A stretch of DNA of 64,000 nt. It comes from Lytechinus pictus. Lineage: Eukaryota. This document shows positions 49,540 to 61,035 of the stretch, piece by piece. The stretch is taken from positions 18,292,001-18,356,000 of the forward strand of contig NC_087251.1 in assembly GCF_037042905.1 (NCBI RefSeq). The letters run 5' to 3'. Position numbers and translations under genes: made by a program. Each line of letters starts with the position of its first letter. Positions within the stretch are counted from its first letter, which is position 1. The notes below the pieces were generated by a model, which was not told the DNA's origin, ran no database searches, and saw nothing but the letters and a program-made list of their open reading frames with translations.

Positions 49540-52500
49540 TCAAATGGTGACGATCCAGGGAAAAAAGCGCGAAAACTGTACACCACAAAATATCCCCAGG
49601 ATCAGGAAAAATGCCATCATGGATGCTGCTTTGCTCGCCCAAGTCGGGTTAGAGACAGAACTGAAAGAAAATAAAAGAATCACAGTACCCGGATTTGTAA
49701 TTTTACACACTGGCATAAAGCTCGGGGGGGGGGGGCTCCCCTCTCCCATTTCTCAGGACCAAGAAAAAATAAGAAAAAGAAACAGACAGATATGATATTA
49801 TGATTATGAAATACATTATTTTCTGAATATTATGTCAAAATCTATCACAAACTTGGATTTTGGTAATAAAATGTCTAAATTTTTGCTCCCTTGCAAATTT
49901 TTATCAATTTTACACAATACGCCATATCGAGCCTCTTTAAAATTTTGGGCTCTTTACGCCACTGACTTTACATTTTAAGATTTTACTATTATCATTTCGT
50001 AACCAAAAGATTTAGCGATGTTTCGTACATTTACAGCCTTTTTGGCACAAAGCAGTTACAATTTGTCTTAAAAAACACATTCTTTAATTATTTAGGCTTA
50101 CATTCATTTCAAGTACACTTTTTGGTAAGCTATATATTTTGCAATATCACACGTCTTTTACTAAATAAATAACGCAAACTAGGATAAGGAATCCACTTTT
50201 TTTTATTTCGAGGAGACAAGCCTATAGAAAAAACAGCCCTTTTTAAAAGATCGTGTATTCATTATTTTGTGCGAACATTCTAGAAAAGATGACAATTACG
50301 CAAAAATAGGGACAATCATATATAGTTAATAAACTATCTGACATCGCCGGAGAAGAATGGTGAAACATCTCCTGTTAATTGCACAATTATTTATGAAGTC
50401 ATGAAACCCAGATAGGATCAGTTATGATTGTTTTGCAAAGTGTACATCGATAATTATTACTATTATCATTGTTATTATTACGAAGTTACATTTATGCATG
50501 TGTGTGAAATTAGGTAATGAAACTAAGTTTAGGGACATGCCTCACATACAAGCTTTGTTATTTTCGGCAGCCCCTCCGTTTTACTCTAAAAAAATTTATT
50601 TAAGGCAGCTTAATGTTATTAATTGTGTTTATCAAATCTATAGGCCTTATTATGTTTTATATGATATTATGCATTGTTTTATTCTTTATTTTTATGCTCT
50701 GTTTTTTATACAACATTGTGAAACGGAAAACAGTAAATAAAATGAAATGATTAAAACGTATTCAAAATGCCTAAATTCTAGGTCTAAATCTAAAAAAAAA
50801 ACATAAAAAAAAAAAAAAACGCGCACGCAAGTTTATTTAGATTCGCAGCTTATTCTATATTTATAACGTGCTTGAATTATCCAGTTTCAGATCCTTTTCA
50901 TGATTTACAAAACATCAATAGAGTGTCCTGTTCTTAGATCCGAAATCTATTTTTTTCGGCTCGCGCTGCCGTCAATTGTTTAGTTATATACTTATCCCGG
51001 TCGTTTATGATTACTGTACGAAAAGTGCTTAGAATGTCATGTTTTTAGTTTTAAATATCTTTTTTTTTTATTTAATTGTTGAAATATCTATCGTACTCAT
51101 GGTTAACTGCAGTTAACAGCTCCCTTTTCGATCAGGCCAGAACTTATAATTGAAATTTCTTCACGCTCGCAGTAATTATGCATGTAGTTACATACGCATC
51201 TTGTACGGGATCAATAACATTGCCCAGAATATTCAATTTTCTATACAAAATGCATGAAATTTCCAAAGATTTTATAGCTCGCGCTTCTCACTCGAAATAT
51301 TTAAATAGGGCTATTGAGATTACATATTGATGTTAAAGGAATAAAGCTAAGAAGTGATTGTTAGGACTACCCACTCAAAGAAGATCAACTTTGAGCCGCC
51401 AATCGGGAAAATATTGGTAACCCCCCCCCCCCCCCATTGAGCTGGATCGGCCCCTACAGGGGATATAATAAAAAGGATAGTTATAATAATCATCATAGAA
51501 ATAATCATGAAAGTATTTACTACTATAGGTGCAGATCGAAAAGTTTGCGGGGGGATTTGAAATCCCAAGAGCAGATTTTTGGTGGCGAGTAACGCATCAA
51601 GCATAGACCCTACCCATTTGCGGATCTAGCTTTTGCTTATGTGGGAGGGGAGCTCGAGAAATGTTCATTCAGCTTTATACAATATGGGTATAGGGTGGAA
51701 ACATGTTTTAATCCACATTTAACCAAATCGGCCGCTAAGAGATGTTTTTGATGGTGTCTCTGAAGGGGTGGTATTAACAGTGATTTTTTTGCTTTATTCT
51801 TATAAACAAGATAATTAATCTGATTTTTTTTTACAAGGGGACACTCTATTCATATTTTGTAGCATTGAAAAGAATGGATTTCTTTCTAAATTAACTAAGC
51901 GAGCGAGAAGCGCGAAAAAATATTGATATTCCGATTTGAAACAGAAGATTTTAAGTACATTTTCCATATAAAACAATCTGTGTCACTCAACAAACAAAAC
52001 GAGCGCGAAGCGCGAGCTGTCTTCTTTCTCATTTTATACTTATAGAAACGGGCATTATTAACAGGGCCTGTTACAACCGATAATGTCGCACCAACGCATA
52101 ATGTCACACCAACGCATAATGTCGCAGATTGCGACATTATGCCAAGAGCGTCCGACGCATAATGTCGTAGTTTTTCTAACGCATAATGTCGCAGTGGTAT
52201 TTTCTTCAGGACTCGAGCTACAGATAAGATATAAAATATGCTTTCACTAAGTATTTTGAGACACGAGAAAGAGAATTAAGTGATTTGGAAATCAGGATTA
52301 CTTATTGAATGGATATTTATCGGTTTATTGCCATTTCGTCTACTGCCTTTTTCACCACTATCGCATGGTCTGATATCATTTCGTCTACCATTAGTAAGTC
52401 AACAACTATCAACATAGTCCAATAACCATTTCGTCTAAGTACCATCTCGTCTAATAGCCAGTTGGTCTACTAGCCGTTTTGTTTATTATCATTTAGTCTA

Positions 52501-55500
52501 ATTGTATTTTTTTCAATTGGTCCAATATCCACTTTGTCCAATATCACCACGTCTACTACCTTTTGGTCTAATAGCCAATTGGTCTAATAACCACTTGGTC
52601 TACTCTCATTTCGTCCATGTTCCATTTGGTCTGACTTCAGTTGGTTCGCTATCACTTTGTCTAAACCCATTTCGGCTAACAATCATTTGGTATCGTTGCC
52701 ATGGGTCCAATCACCAATAGGTCCAATCACCATCTCGTCCAATCATCATTTCGTCCAATAGGCATATTCATTTCATCTTATAACCATAATGGTCTACTGG
52801 CACTAGACCTCTACGGTGACTCTATGTATCATTGCCGACTTGTTGCAGTACTACTCCTGATTTGTGGTTCAGATCAGCTCGCGAGCGCAAAAAAACCCTT
52901 TTCCATCCGCCGACAGGGCATAGGCGGATCCAGGGAAAGGTCCGCCCCCCCCCCCCCCGCATAAAAAAGGAAGGGGAACGAAAGAAAAGAGAAAAAACGG
53001 GGAAAGAGAGAAGGGAAAATGAGGAAAAATAAGAGCAGACAGAAGAGTGAATAAAATAGGGTGAGGTGAAGACTTGGAAAATCAAAAAAAATCTTTCATG
53101 TCTCAAAAGAGGCGCGATAGCTCAATCGGTAAAACGGGGGTTTCTGATTCCGGTGACATGCATTTGATTCCTAATTGGTGCGTTAGTGTCCCTTGGGTAG
53201 GCATAATAGTCATTATGCCTACCAGGTCCCTTGGAGAGGACTTTAAGCCGTCGGTTCTCTGGTTGCTTGCTTACACGCATTCATGCTTTCTTAGCAACCA
53301 GGTAAAAAAAATCACCATGTACTATATAGGCTAAAATTTTCGCTCGCGCTTCGCGCTCGCATCCACATCCACTTCAGAATTTTCATGCATAGTGCTTGGA
53401 AAAAGTGCATAAATTTACCCCTTTTCGGACTGGAATATGAAGTATTTTTAGCTCGCGCTTCGCTCTCGCTTTATATTTTTATGCTTTTTCAGTTCTGATT
53501 TGCTTTGCAAATTGTACATCGATAATTATTACTATTATTGTTTTTACTATTACGAAGTTATATTTATGCATTTGTGTAAAATTAAGTAATGAAACTAAGT
53601 TTTGGGGCTGGCCTCACATACAAGCATTGCTTATTTTCGGCAGCCCCTCCGTTTTACTCTAAAATACAAAAAAATCATTTAAGGCAGCTTAATGTTATTA
53701 ATTGTGTTTATCAAATGTATATGTTTTATAAGATGTTATGTTTTGTTATATTCTTTATTTTTATGATATGTTCATTATAATAAACAACATTGTGAAACGG
53801 AAATAAAATGAAATGATTAAAACATGTACTGTATTCAAAATGCCTAAATTCTAGGTCTAAATCTAAAAAAAACGCGCACTCAGCACCCAAGTTTATTGAG
53901 ATACGCAGCTTGTTCTATATATTTATAACGTGCTTGAATTATCCTGTCTCAGATTAGAATATCAAAAAACTTCTGCTCGCATTATTAACATTAATGTAAG
54001 GAGATACCTAGTTATCCATCCATTTTACGATTTACAAAACATTAAAAGAGTGTCCTGTTCTTAGATCCGAAATCTATTTTTCTCGGCTCGCGCTGCCGTC
54101 AATTGTGTATTTATGTAACTCGAATCCTGAAGAAAATCCCGGTGATTGGACCAATGGCAACGATACCAAATGATTGTTAGCCGAAATGTGTTTAGGCAAA
54201 GTGATAGGGAACCAACTGAAGTTAGACCAAATGGAACGTGGGCGAAATGAGAGTAGACAAAGTAGATATTGGACCAATTGAAAAAAAATACAATTAGACT
54301 AAATGATAATAAACAAAACGGCTAGTAGACCAACTGGCTATTAGACGAGATGGTAATTAGACGAAATGGTTATTGGACTATGTTGATAGTTGTTGACTTA
54401 CTAATGGTAGACGAAATGATATCAGACCATGCGATAGTGGGGAAAAAGGCAGTAGACGAAATGGCAATAAACGGATAAATATCCATACAAAGAGTAATCC
54501 TGATTTCCAAATTCTCTTTCTCGTGTCTCAAAATACTTAGTGAAAGCATATTTTATATCTTATCTGTAGCTCGAGTCCTGAAGAAAATACCGCTGCGACA
54601 TTATGCGTTGCGACATGTGACATTATGCGTTGACACTTTGCTGCGACATTATGCGTTGCGACATGTGACGTTATGCGTTAGAAAAACTACGACATTATGC
54701 GTTGACTGCGACATTATGCGTCGGACGCTCTTGGCATAATGTCGCAATCTGCGACATTATGCGTTGGTGTGACATTATGCGTTGGTGCGACATTATCGGT
54801 TGTAACAGGGCCTACAAACATTCTACGATTATGTAGACTAAAAATTGCACTTTAAGTTATCTATCTTACATACCGTCCCTATACTAAGACAAATTTCAAT
54901 GTAGAAATGAATTGTCGGATATCACATCTTATCATGAATTACCTTGGACCATCCATCATGATAATGGTTTTGAGGTAGCCGTTAGAGAGCGAGAAAATGA
55001 CGACGAGGATGGCATACCCGATGTCGTTGTCGATCCATATGGGTAGAGTTCGACGATCAGGGCGGTAGTTGCAAAAGATGAATATAACGAACACCAGACG
55101 CAAGGTCACCCAAATCCACGTCAGACGAGGGAATTTCTGAGGCCAAAATGAAACCGAATTCTTCAGCTTTATAATCACTCCATATTACATATCTTCATTT
55201 CATATGTATTTTTATGGGAAACTTAAAGTGTAGTTCGATTTTTTTTTAACTTCATCATTATCGTTTCAAGCATTGTTTCATAATTCTCGAAATTAAATTT
55301 ATTTCCTCCTATGCATCACCACTTTCGCATATTGTTCTACGAGGAATTGATGCACTGGGTTAAGAAAATCACTAATAATGGATATGATACCAGTTAATAC
55401 CAATTACGACAATGATGGTAATGAGAATAACAAGAAATGTTTTATAATAAAATGGACGTAGAAGAAGAAGGAGGAGAGGAGAAGAAGAAGAAGATGAAGG

Positions 55501-58500
55501 AGGAGGAGAAGAAGGAGAGAAGAAGAAGAAGAAGAAAGAAGACGAAAATAACTTACTTACCCATCTAAGGCGAGGTATTCCGGGAATGAGACTTCCCAAG
55601 AAATCACCAAAATTGAAAGTTAAGAAGCAGACAAGGGGTGTAAAGTAAAGGTCAACAAACTCTGACTTGTGGTCATTCGATGACTGAATCTCTACCAAGA
55701 CCCCAGGAAACAGAGAGAGCGTCACGAAGAACGTCATCCAGATATTGAAAATTTGCATTTTTATCTAGAATAAACAGAAAATGTTACTGATTACTTTTAA
55801 ACTAATATAAGATGTTGCTATACCTTGACAAAGACATCCCATTATTTCCATTCTTTTCCAAAAATCAAACCATCTTTTCCTTCATTTATATTGCAATCGA
55901 TTTGAAGAAATTTGATAAAAGGAGATATTCTCAAGAACACAAAAGGTTCCCGGATCAACTATAATGGTGTTATCAAATCTTCATCACCCCCCCCCCCCCC
56001 TTAACTATTTTTTTACATCCAAGACAACCTTAAAGGTTATTATGCATAGACACAAGCTTATCCCTTTTATCAATTTTTGTCTTTCAAGTACATAATATGT
56101 ACTTGAAAGACAAAAATTGATTTTCATCAGCAAAAGTCAAGTCCACCCATGTTGATATGAATCTAAAGAGAAAAATCGACCGAGCATAACGCTGAAATTT
56201 TCATCAAAATCGGATGTACCATAAGAAAGTTAAAGTTTCGCTTATTATTCACAGAACAGTTATATGCACAACTCACTGATATGTAAATGAGAGAGTCGAT
56301 GCTGTCCTTAATTCACTATTTCTTTTGTTTATTTTTGTTTGAATTACACAATATTTCAATTTTTACATATTTGACAATAACGACCAACTTGACTGAACTA
56401 CAAAATGTTAAAACAATGGTAATTCCACATGTTCAGCGAGGAATAAAACTTTGTTACACAAGACAATGAGAGGAAAATTGAAATATATCATATTCCATAA
56501 AATGAAATATAAAAGAAATAATAATAATAATAATAATATAGGGTATTTATATTGCGCACATATCCACCTTGTTAGGTGCTCAAGGCGCTCCTATATTACC
56601 CGGCTAAGCTAGGCGTTCATAGCGCACACAGCTTTTTAAGGAATTACTTCCTACCGGTACCCATTTACCTCACCTGGGTTGAGTGCAGCACACTGTGGAT
56701 CAGTTTCTTGCCGAAGGAAATTACGCCATGGCTGGGATTCGAACCCACGACCCTCTGTTTCAAAGTCCGAAGACTAATCCACTGGGCCACAACGCTCCAG
56801 TGAGTGGGTGGTGTCATACCTCCCCTCACTTGCATACTGATCAGGATGTGAATAGAACTGTTTAGTGAAATTGAGCGAAATCTTAAAATAGCATAACTTT
56901 CTTATTTTATATCCGATTTTGATGAAATTTATCGGATGATGTATACATGCACTTGTACACTGCACTTCACCAGTACGACATTACACCAGAGACGGTGGCC
57001 TCTACATTCGGAAGAAGAAGAAGAAGAAGACATTTTCATTGTTATGCTTGTTGAATTTTTCTCTTTTTATTAAAATCAACTTTTTGTTGGGGTGGACTTG
57101 TCCTTTATATGAGGAGATGGGGGACATTTCTCCCCCATTCCACGTACTTACATCCCAGAATATCTGTGCCAAATTGATAGATGTTAAACAGCATTGTGAT
57201 CGAGAGCTGTTATCTACAAGACCAGAAGCGGCTTTGTTGATTTCATCAGCGGCTTCGTTTCCTCTGGCTACACCGAGATGATACTTCACCATTGTCTATA
57301 TGACATGGGTTAATGATGGAGAAAACAAGATTGTAACTTTATATAAAACGTGAAAATCTGCTGAAATATTCGAACAGCATCCAGAACTCGACTTCGAAGG
57401 TAAAACTATATTTCACACCAACCCTTCTCCCTGCTATTTTAAAGACCCTGACCGGTGTAAAAACAATCATATATCAAAATAAAGGTAATGATTCATACAA
57501 TACGAATATACCAAAAATATCATATATATCTCCTTCCAATAGTTAAAAATATTAAATAAAAATCAAAGAAACTGCTCCTCCAAAGCAAAGTACGCTTCGA
57601 TTGAGCACCCCCACGTCGCCTGGAAATGATGACGTCACGTTGTGTCAGGAGGGTTGTGATTCCATAGGTTTGTGTACAAAAGCATAGGGTATTTTCTTCC
57701 ATTTCCATGTTATGAATCCATTTTTTTTTTTCGTTTTCAGATGAAAATGGCACTCAAAATTATTCACTGTTCAAATTGTTGTAAACCTACAACTATTCAC
57801 TACCTTTTTTGTGATTTCTTTGTTTGGCTCTTATTGGGCCTAAATTGCTATGTCAGGAAAAGTTGTTATACATAATCTAAATGCAGATAGAATTGAAATC
57901 TGCGCCAAATAAGCAGAAAATAAAATATGGCAAAAACTAGTTCAAAACTGCAGATTTCATAAATTCAAGCTTGTGGGTAAAAATATATGTGATATCCCTC
58001 TGTGATAGAAGTGAAGAGAATGAAATGCGTTATCTGGAAAGCAAAAAAATCACCCAGTTTTTTTGTGTACAAACCTATGGAATCCCGACGCTTCTTACAC
58101 AACGTGACGTCACGGCGAGGCAGGTGAAAAGCACAATAAAGCCTATTTTCTAAGCGGGGTTCGAAACCCGATAATTGGAATATTCTTAAGCAAAATACTC
58201 AGCTGGGAAGCGGTGAAAATGCATAAAGCATACCTTGGTGTATTTAGTAGCTTATAAGCTTTCGATTGGTATATAATTTATCAATTTCATTTTCGGGTCC
58301 GGTCTGGATCTTTAAGAGAATCCATTCATGCAATGTCAAATCATTGTTTATTCGTAGCACATTGTGAACAGGGGCGTCAATCCATGTTTTGGATTGGGGG
58401 GGGGGGGGGCAAAAACGAAACAATCCAAAATTAAATCAGAATTTTGCGCGTGTCGAAATATTGTAAATTTTGTAGCTTTAACAGTATATGCCATGTTGAA

Positions 58501-60057
58501 TGGTTTTTAGTGCTTTCCAATACCTTTTAATACATATTTGCATTGCATATTATCTTTTTTTTTCAAGTTTTCAAAATCATTGGGAGGCAAATCAATATGT
58601 TTGCTCCAGGGCCCTGTCCACGGAAGATTATTTTATCGTTATACTGGGGGTGCTGAGCATTGTCACAGCACCCCCAGTAACAATAGATAATCATCCGTGG
58701 CCAGGTCCATGGTTTGCCCCCAACTTCTAATGGGTGTGATCGCCCCCCCCCCCGATCGACGCCTCAGATTATTAGTGTTCTATTATATGGCGACAATAGA
58801 AGAAATTGAATCATTTTACCATTTTGTAGAGAAGACAATAAGAGACGATGCATATAAAAAGAACAACAACAGCAGTAGTAAAGTAGCCGACTGCCGCACT
58901 TCTTTGAGTACCAGCAACTAGAGAAAAACACAATTATAATCCATTCATTTATATAACATGTAATTGTTATATTATAAGAACAAATTAAAGACCCATTTTT
59001 TTAGAGTTATTCATCAGGTCGAAACATTTCACTTCCAGTTCTAGTAAAATGTTATCTTCTAACTAATTAACTCTATGGTTATTGTATTCTTAACATAAAA
59101 TTCATATTCAGGTTTACTCAAGGCCCTGGGAAGCGGGGTGCTGGGGGTGACAATTTCCTTGGGGGTGCGACGTGTATTCTCCATTGGCAGCACCCCCAGG
59201 TATTCTGGAAGATGTGTAAAATGAAAAAAAAAAAGTGTAACCAATATGACCTATATTTTGTAGTGAAACGCTTTTTTTTTATTTTTTTGGCTTTTCAAAT
59301 TTATCTGGACCAATTACATCAGCACTCCCACTTAATCTAATGATAATAATGATCCCTCCATGCAAACCCTCACATCATCAATTTCGATAACCATTATAAT
59401 AACCAATATAACAAGATTTTTAACGTCAACGTAATTCTACATAGTGATACGTATTGATTGAACTTGTAACATATAAATTACAAGTTATTGAATATATATT
59501 AACGCATGCCCACAGATCATATAATGAATCTGTGTGACTGAATCGAATCGATCAATACTTACTTGCTATAGAAATGATTGCAGCGATAGCAACAAAAGTT
59601 CCGCCGAAGCCCTAGTTGGGAAATAAAAAGAAGATCATGGAATGATATTAATATGGGATATTAAGTCATACAGAATTTGCATTTCGATTTTTAGGCCTGT
59701 TAATTTCATAGTATCATTATTATACGATGGCGTATGACCCTCTCCATCACACTCTGTAAAATAATCCAAGTTGAGATTTCATTCTCAATCTCATTAATCA
59801 AGAGTTTCTTCCAACAATCTCATTCGTAATCTCCATCTCTTTCACAATCTCGATCTTATTTATAAACTCAAATTCATCAATGATATGCCTATCAATCTCA
59901 TTCCTAAACCCGACCCCGTGTAAAATATCGATTTATCAATTTTCACTCATAATCACTATCTTTCTCTATAAGGCACTCAAAGTTTACCAATTTGTCTTGA
60001 TTATAATTCTTCAATTTCAATCAAAGAATTACTTCTGTGTGTGACAACGAAAACTTG

Positions 60058-60089
<32 letters not shown>

Positions 60090-61035
60090 CTTATATAAGA
60101 TTGAACTAATTACCTGTCCGACGAGGTAACTCTGGATGTAATTAGGAGGTAGTTTGGCAAGGAGGCAATATAACCCTGATTGATAAATGGCAGCAGAAGC
60201 TATACTTGTAACAAGAGAGAGAGAGAGGGGGGAGAGTGTGTGTGTGGATGTGTTGGTGGGTGTGTGTAAGGTAATGGTAAATGGAGGGAGAGGGGCAGAT
60301 CGAAAATAGAGAGGGAGAGAGAGAGGGAAAATAAAATATAAAATTTATCTTCTATCGTTCAATCTAAAGATGAAAATCACAGGGGCCAAGGAACCGGGAA
60401 GGGTGGACGTGAGGGAGGGCTTGCCCCCCCCCCATTTTTTTTAAATAAACGTGTGCAAACCGTTGAATAGCTGATTGTGTTTTTATATACTTGGATGTAA
60501 AGACTTAAAGAAGGAAGCTTATTTGCCCCTCGTCACATTGGGTTGTCTCTGGTATGGTGAACATTTTAATGGATGAGATTTTAAGTGCCTCTCAATTTCA
60601 TATTTAATCCATTTACACTAGTGGCAGAAACTGCTTCCTTTGCATGGTGAAACATTCCAGCTATTGACACTCTTTGCTGTAAAAATCAAAACCTGTATTT
60701 CTTAAACATCATACTATATGGCCTCTGGTCCTTCTGTTGTCATCAAGATATCGTCAAGCAGTTTCTCCCTCTCTCGATCCATTCCCTTGCCTTTCTTTTT
60801 CATTCCCTTTCCTGGCCCTACTTCCTTTCTAGTTTAAAGTTTCCTTACTTGACTAAAGCCTAAACTTATTGTTTTTATCAAAATCCTAGACTGTGAATAG
60901 GTAAATCAGTTTAAAAATTAATCATAAAAAATACCTCTCATGTCTGCATGTGGAAAAAGGTAAGGATAGATATTTTGTTCTTACCACTGAATAGCACAAT
61001 AGTAATCATCGTTATCCAAAAGAACATTCCCGGCC
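49540..61035 (-). CDS. SLC29A: Equilibrative nucleoside transporter (SLC29/ENT), 3' eight exons (about TM4-TM11); 5' exons not found in window
   Basis: Minus-strand exons 61035-60985 (PGMFFWITMITIVLFS), 60199-60114 (SAAIYQSGLYCLLAKLPPNYIQSYLVGQ), 59611-59563 (GFGGTFVAIAAIISIA), 58917-58820 (SAAVGYFTTAVVVLFICIVSY), 57295-57152, 55764-55561 (FFVTLSLFPGV..FLTFNFGDFLGS), 55136-54943 (LRLVF..CNY..FSLSNGYLKT..GP), 49660-49540 (AASMMAFFLILGIFCG..TI*); GT-AG, phases consistent. Paralog not determinable. Confidence 0.9.
50430..51455. mobile_element. Partial copy of the 16517-18263 family; 50430-50985 is a diverged direct repeat of 53500-54105
   Basis: Shared GTACATCGATAATTATTACTATT..CGGCAGCCCCTCCGTTTTACTCTAAAA; ends GCTGGATCGGCCCCT. 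Confidence 0.65.
52068..54808. mobile_element. 2.7-kb foldback element with ~650-bp inverted arms and cargo, in the last ENT intron
   Basis: Arms 52068-52715 and 54141-54808, termini CTGTTACAACCGATAATGTCGCACCAACGC and its reverse complement, GGC on both sides; arms built from ACGCATAATGTCGC and CCATTTCGTCTA units. Confidence 0.8.
53109..53312 (+). mobile_element. Degenerate tRNA-derived SINE
   Basis: GGCGCGATAGCTCAATCGGTA A-box head, decayed B box, internal hairpin GGTAGGCATAAT/ATTATGCCTACC, A-tail; absent from the paralogous site at ~16690. Confidence 0.55.
56133..57108. mobile_element. Non-autonomous element with AAAG..CAAGTCCACCC / GGGTGGACTTGTCCTTTA ends, interrupted by a SINE
   Basis: Inverted termini and internal inverted TTTCATCAAAATCGGAT / ATCCGATTTTGATGAAA. 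Confidence 0.6.
56519..56798 (-). mobile_element. Full-length tRNA-derived SINE
   Basis: Minus strand GGAGCGTTGTGGCCCAGTGG (A box)..GGTTCGAATCCC (B box), core ..CACTCAACCCAGGTGAGGTAAATGGGTACC.., (TTA)n tail. Confidence 0.85.
57439..58315. mobile_element. Non-autonomous element with TTAAAGA..TCTTTAA ends and internal inverted repeat
   Basis: TGACGTCACGTTGTGT..TTCCATAGGTTTGTGTACAAAA (~57630-57680) is inverted at ~58060-58112. Confidence 0.55.
58607..58711. mobile_element. 105-bp hAT-type MITE nested in a CAGGGGCG element (~58369-58765)
   Basis: Imperfect palindrome CAGGGCCCTGTCCACGGA..TCCGTGGCCAGGTCCATG; TSD GTTTGCTC / GTTTGCCC. Confidence 0.65.
60060..60088. repeat. (TA)n microsatellite
   Basis: Direct reading. 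Confidence 0.9.
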
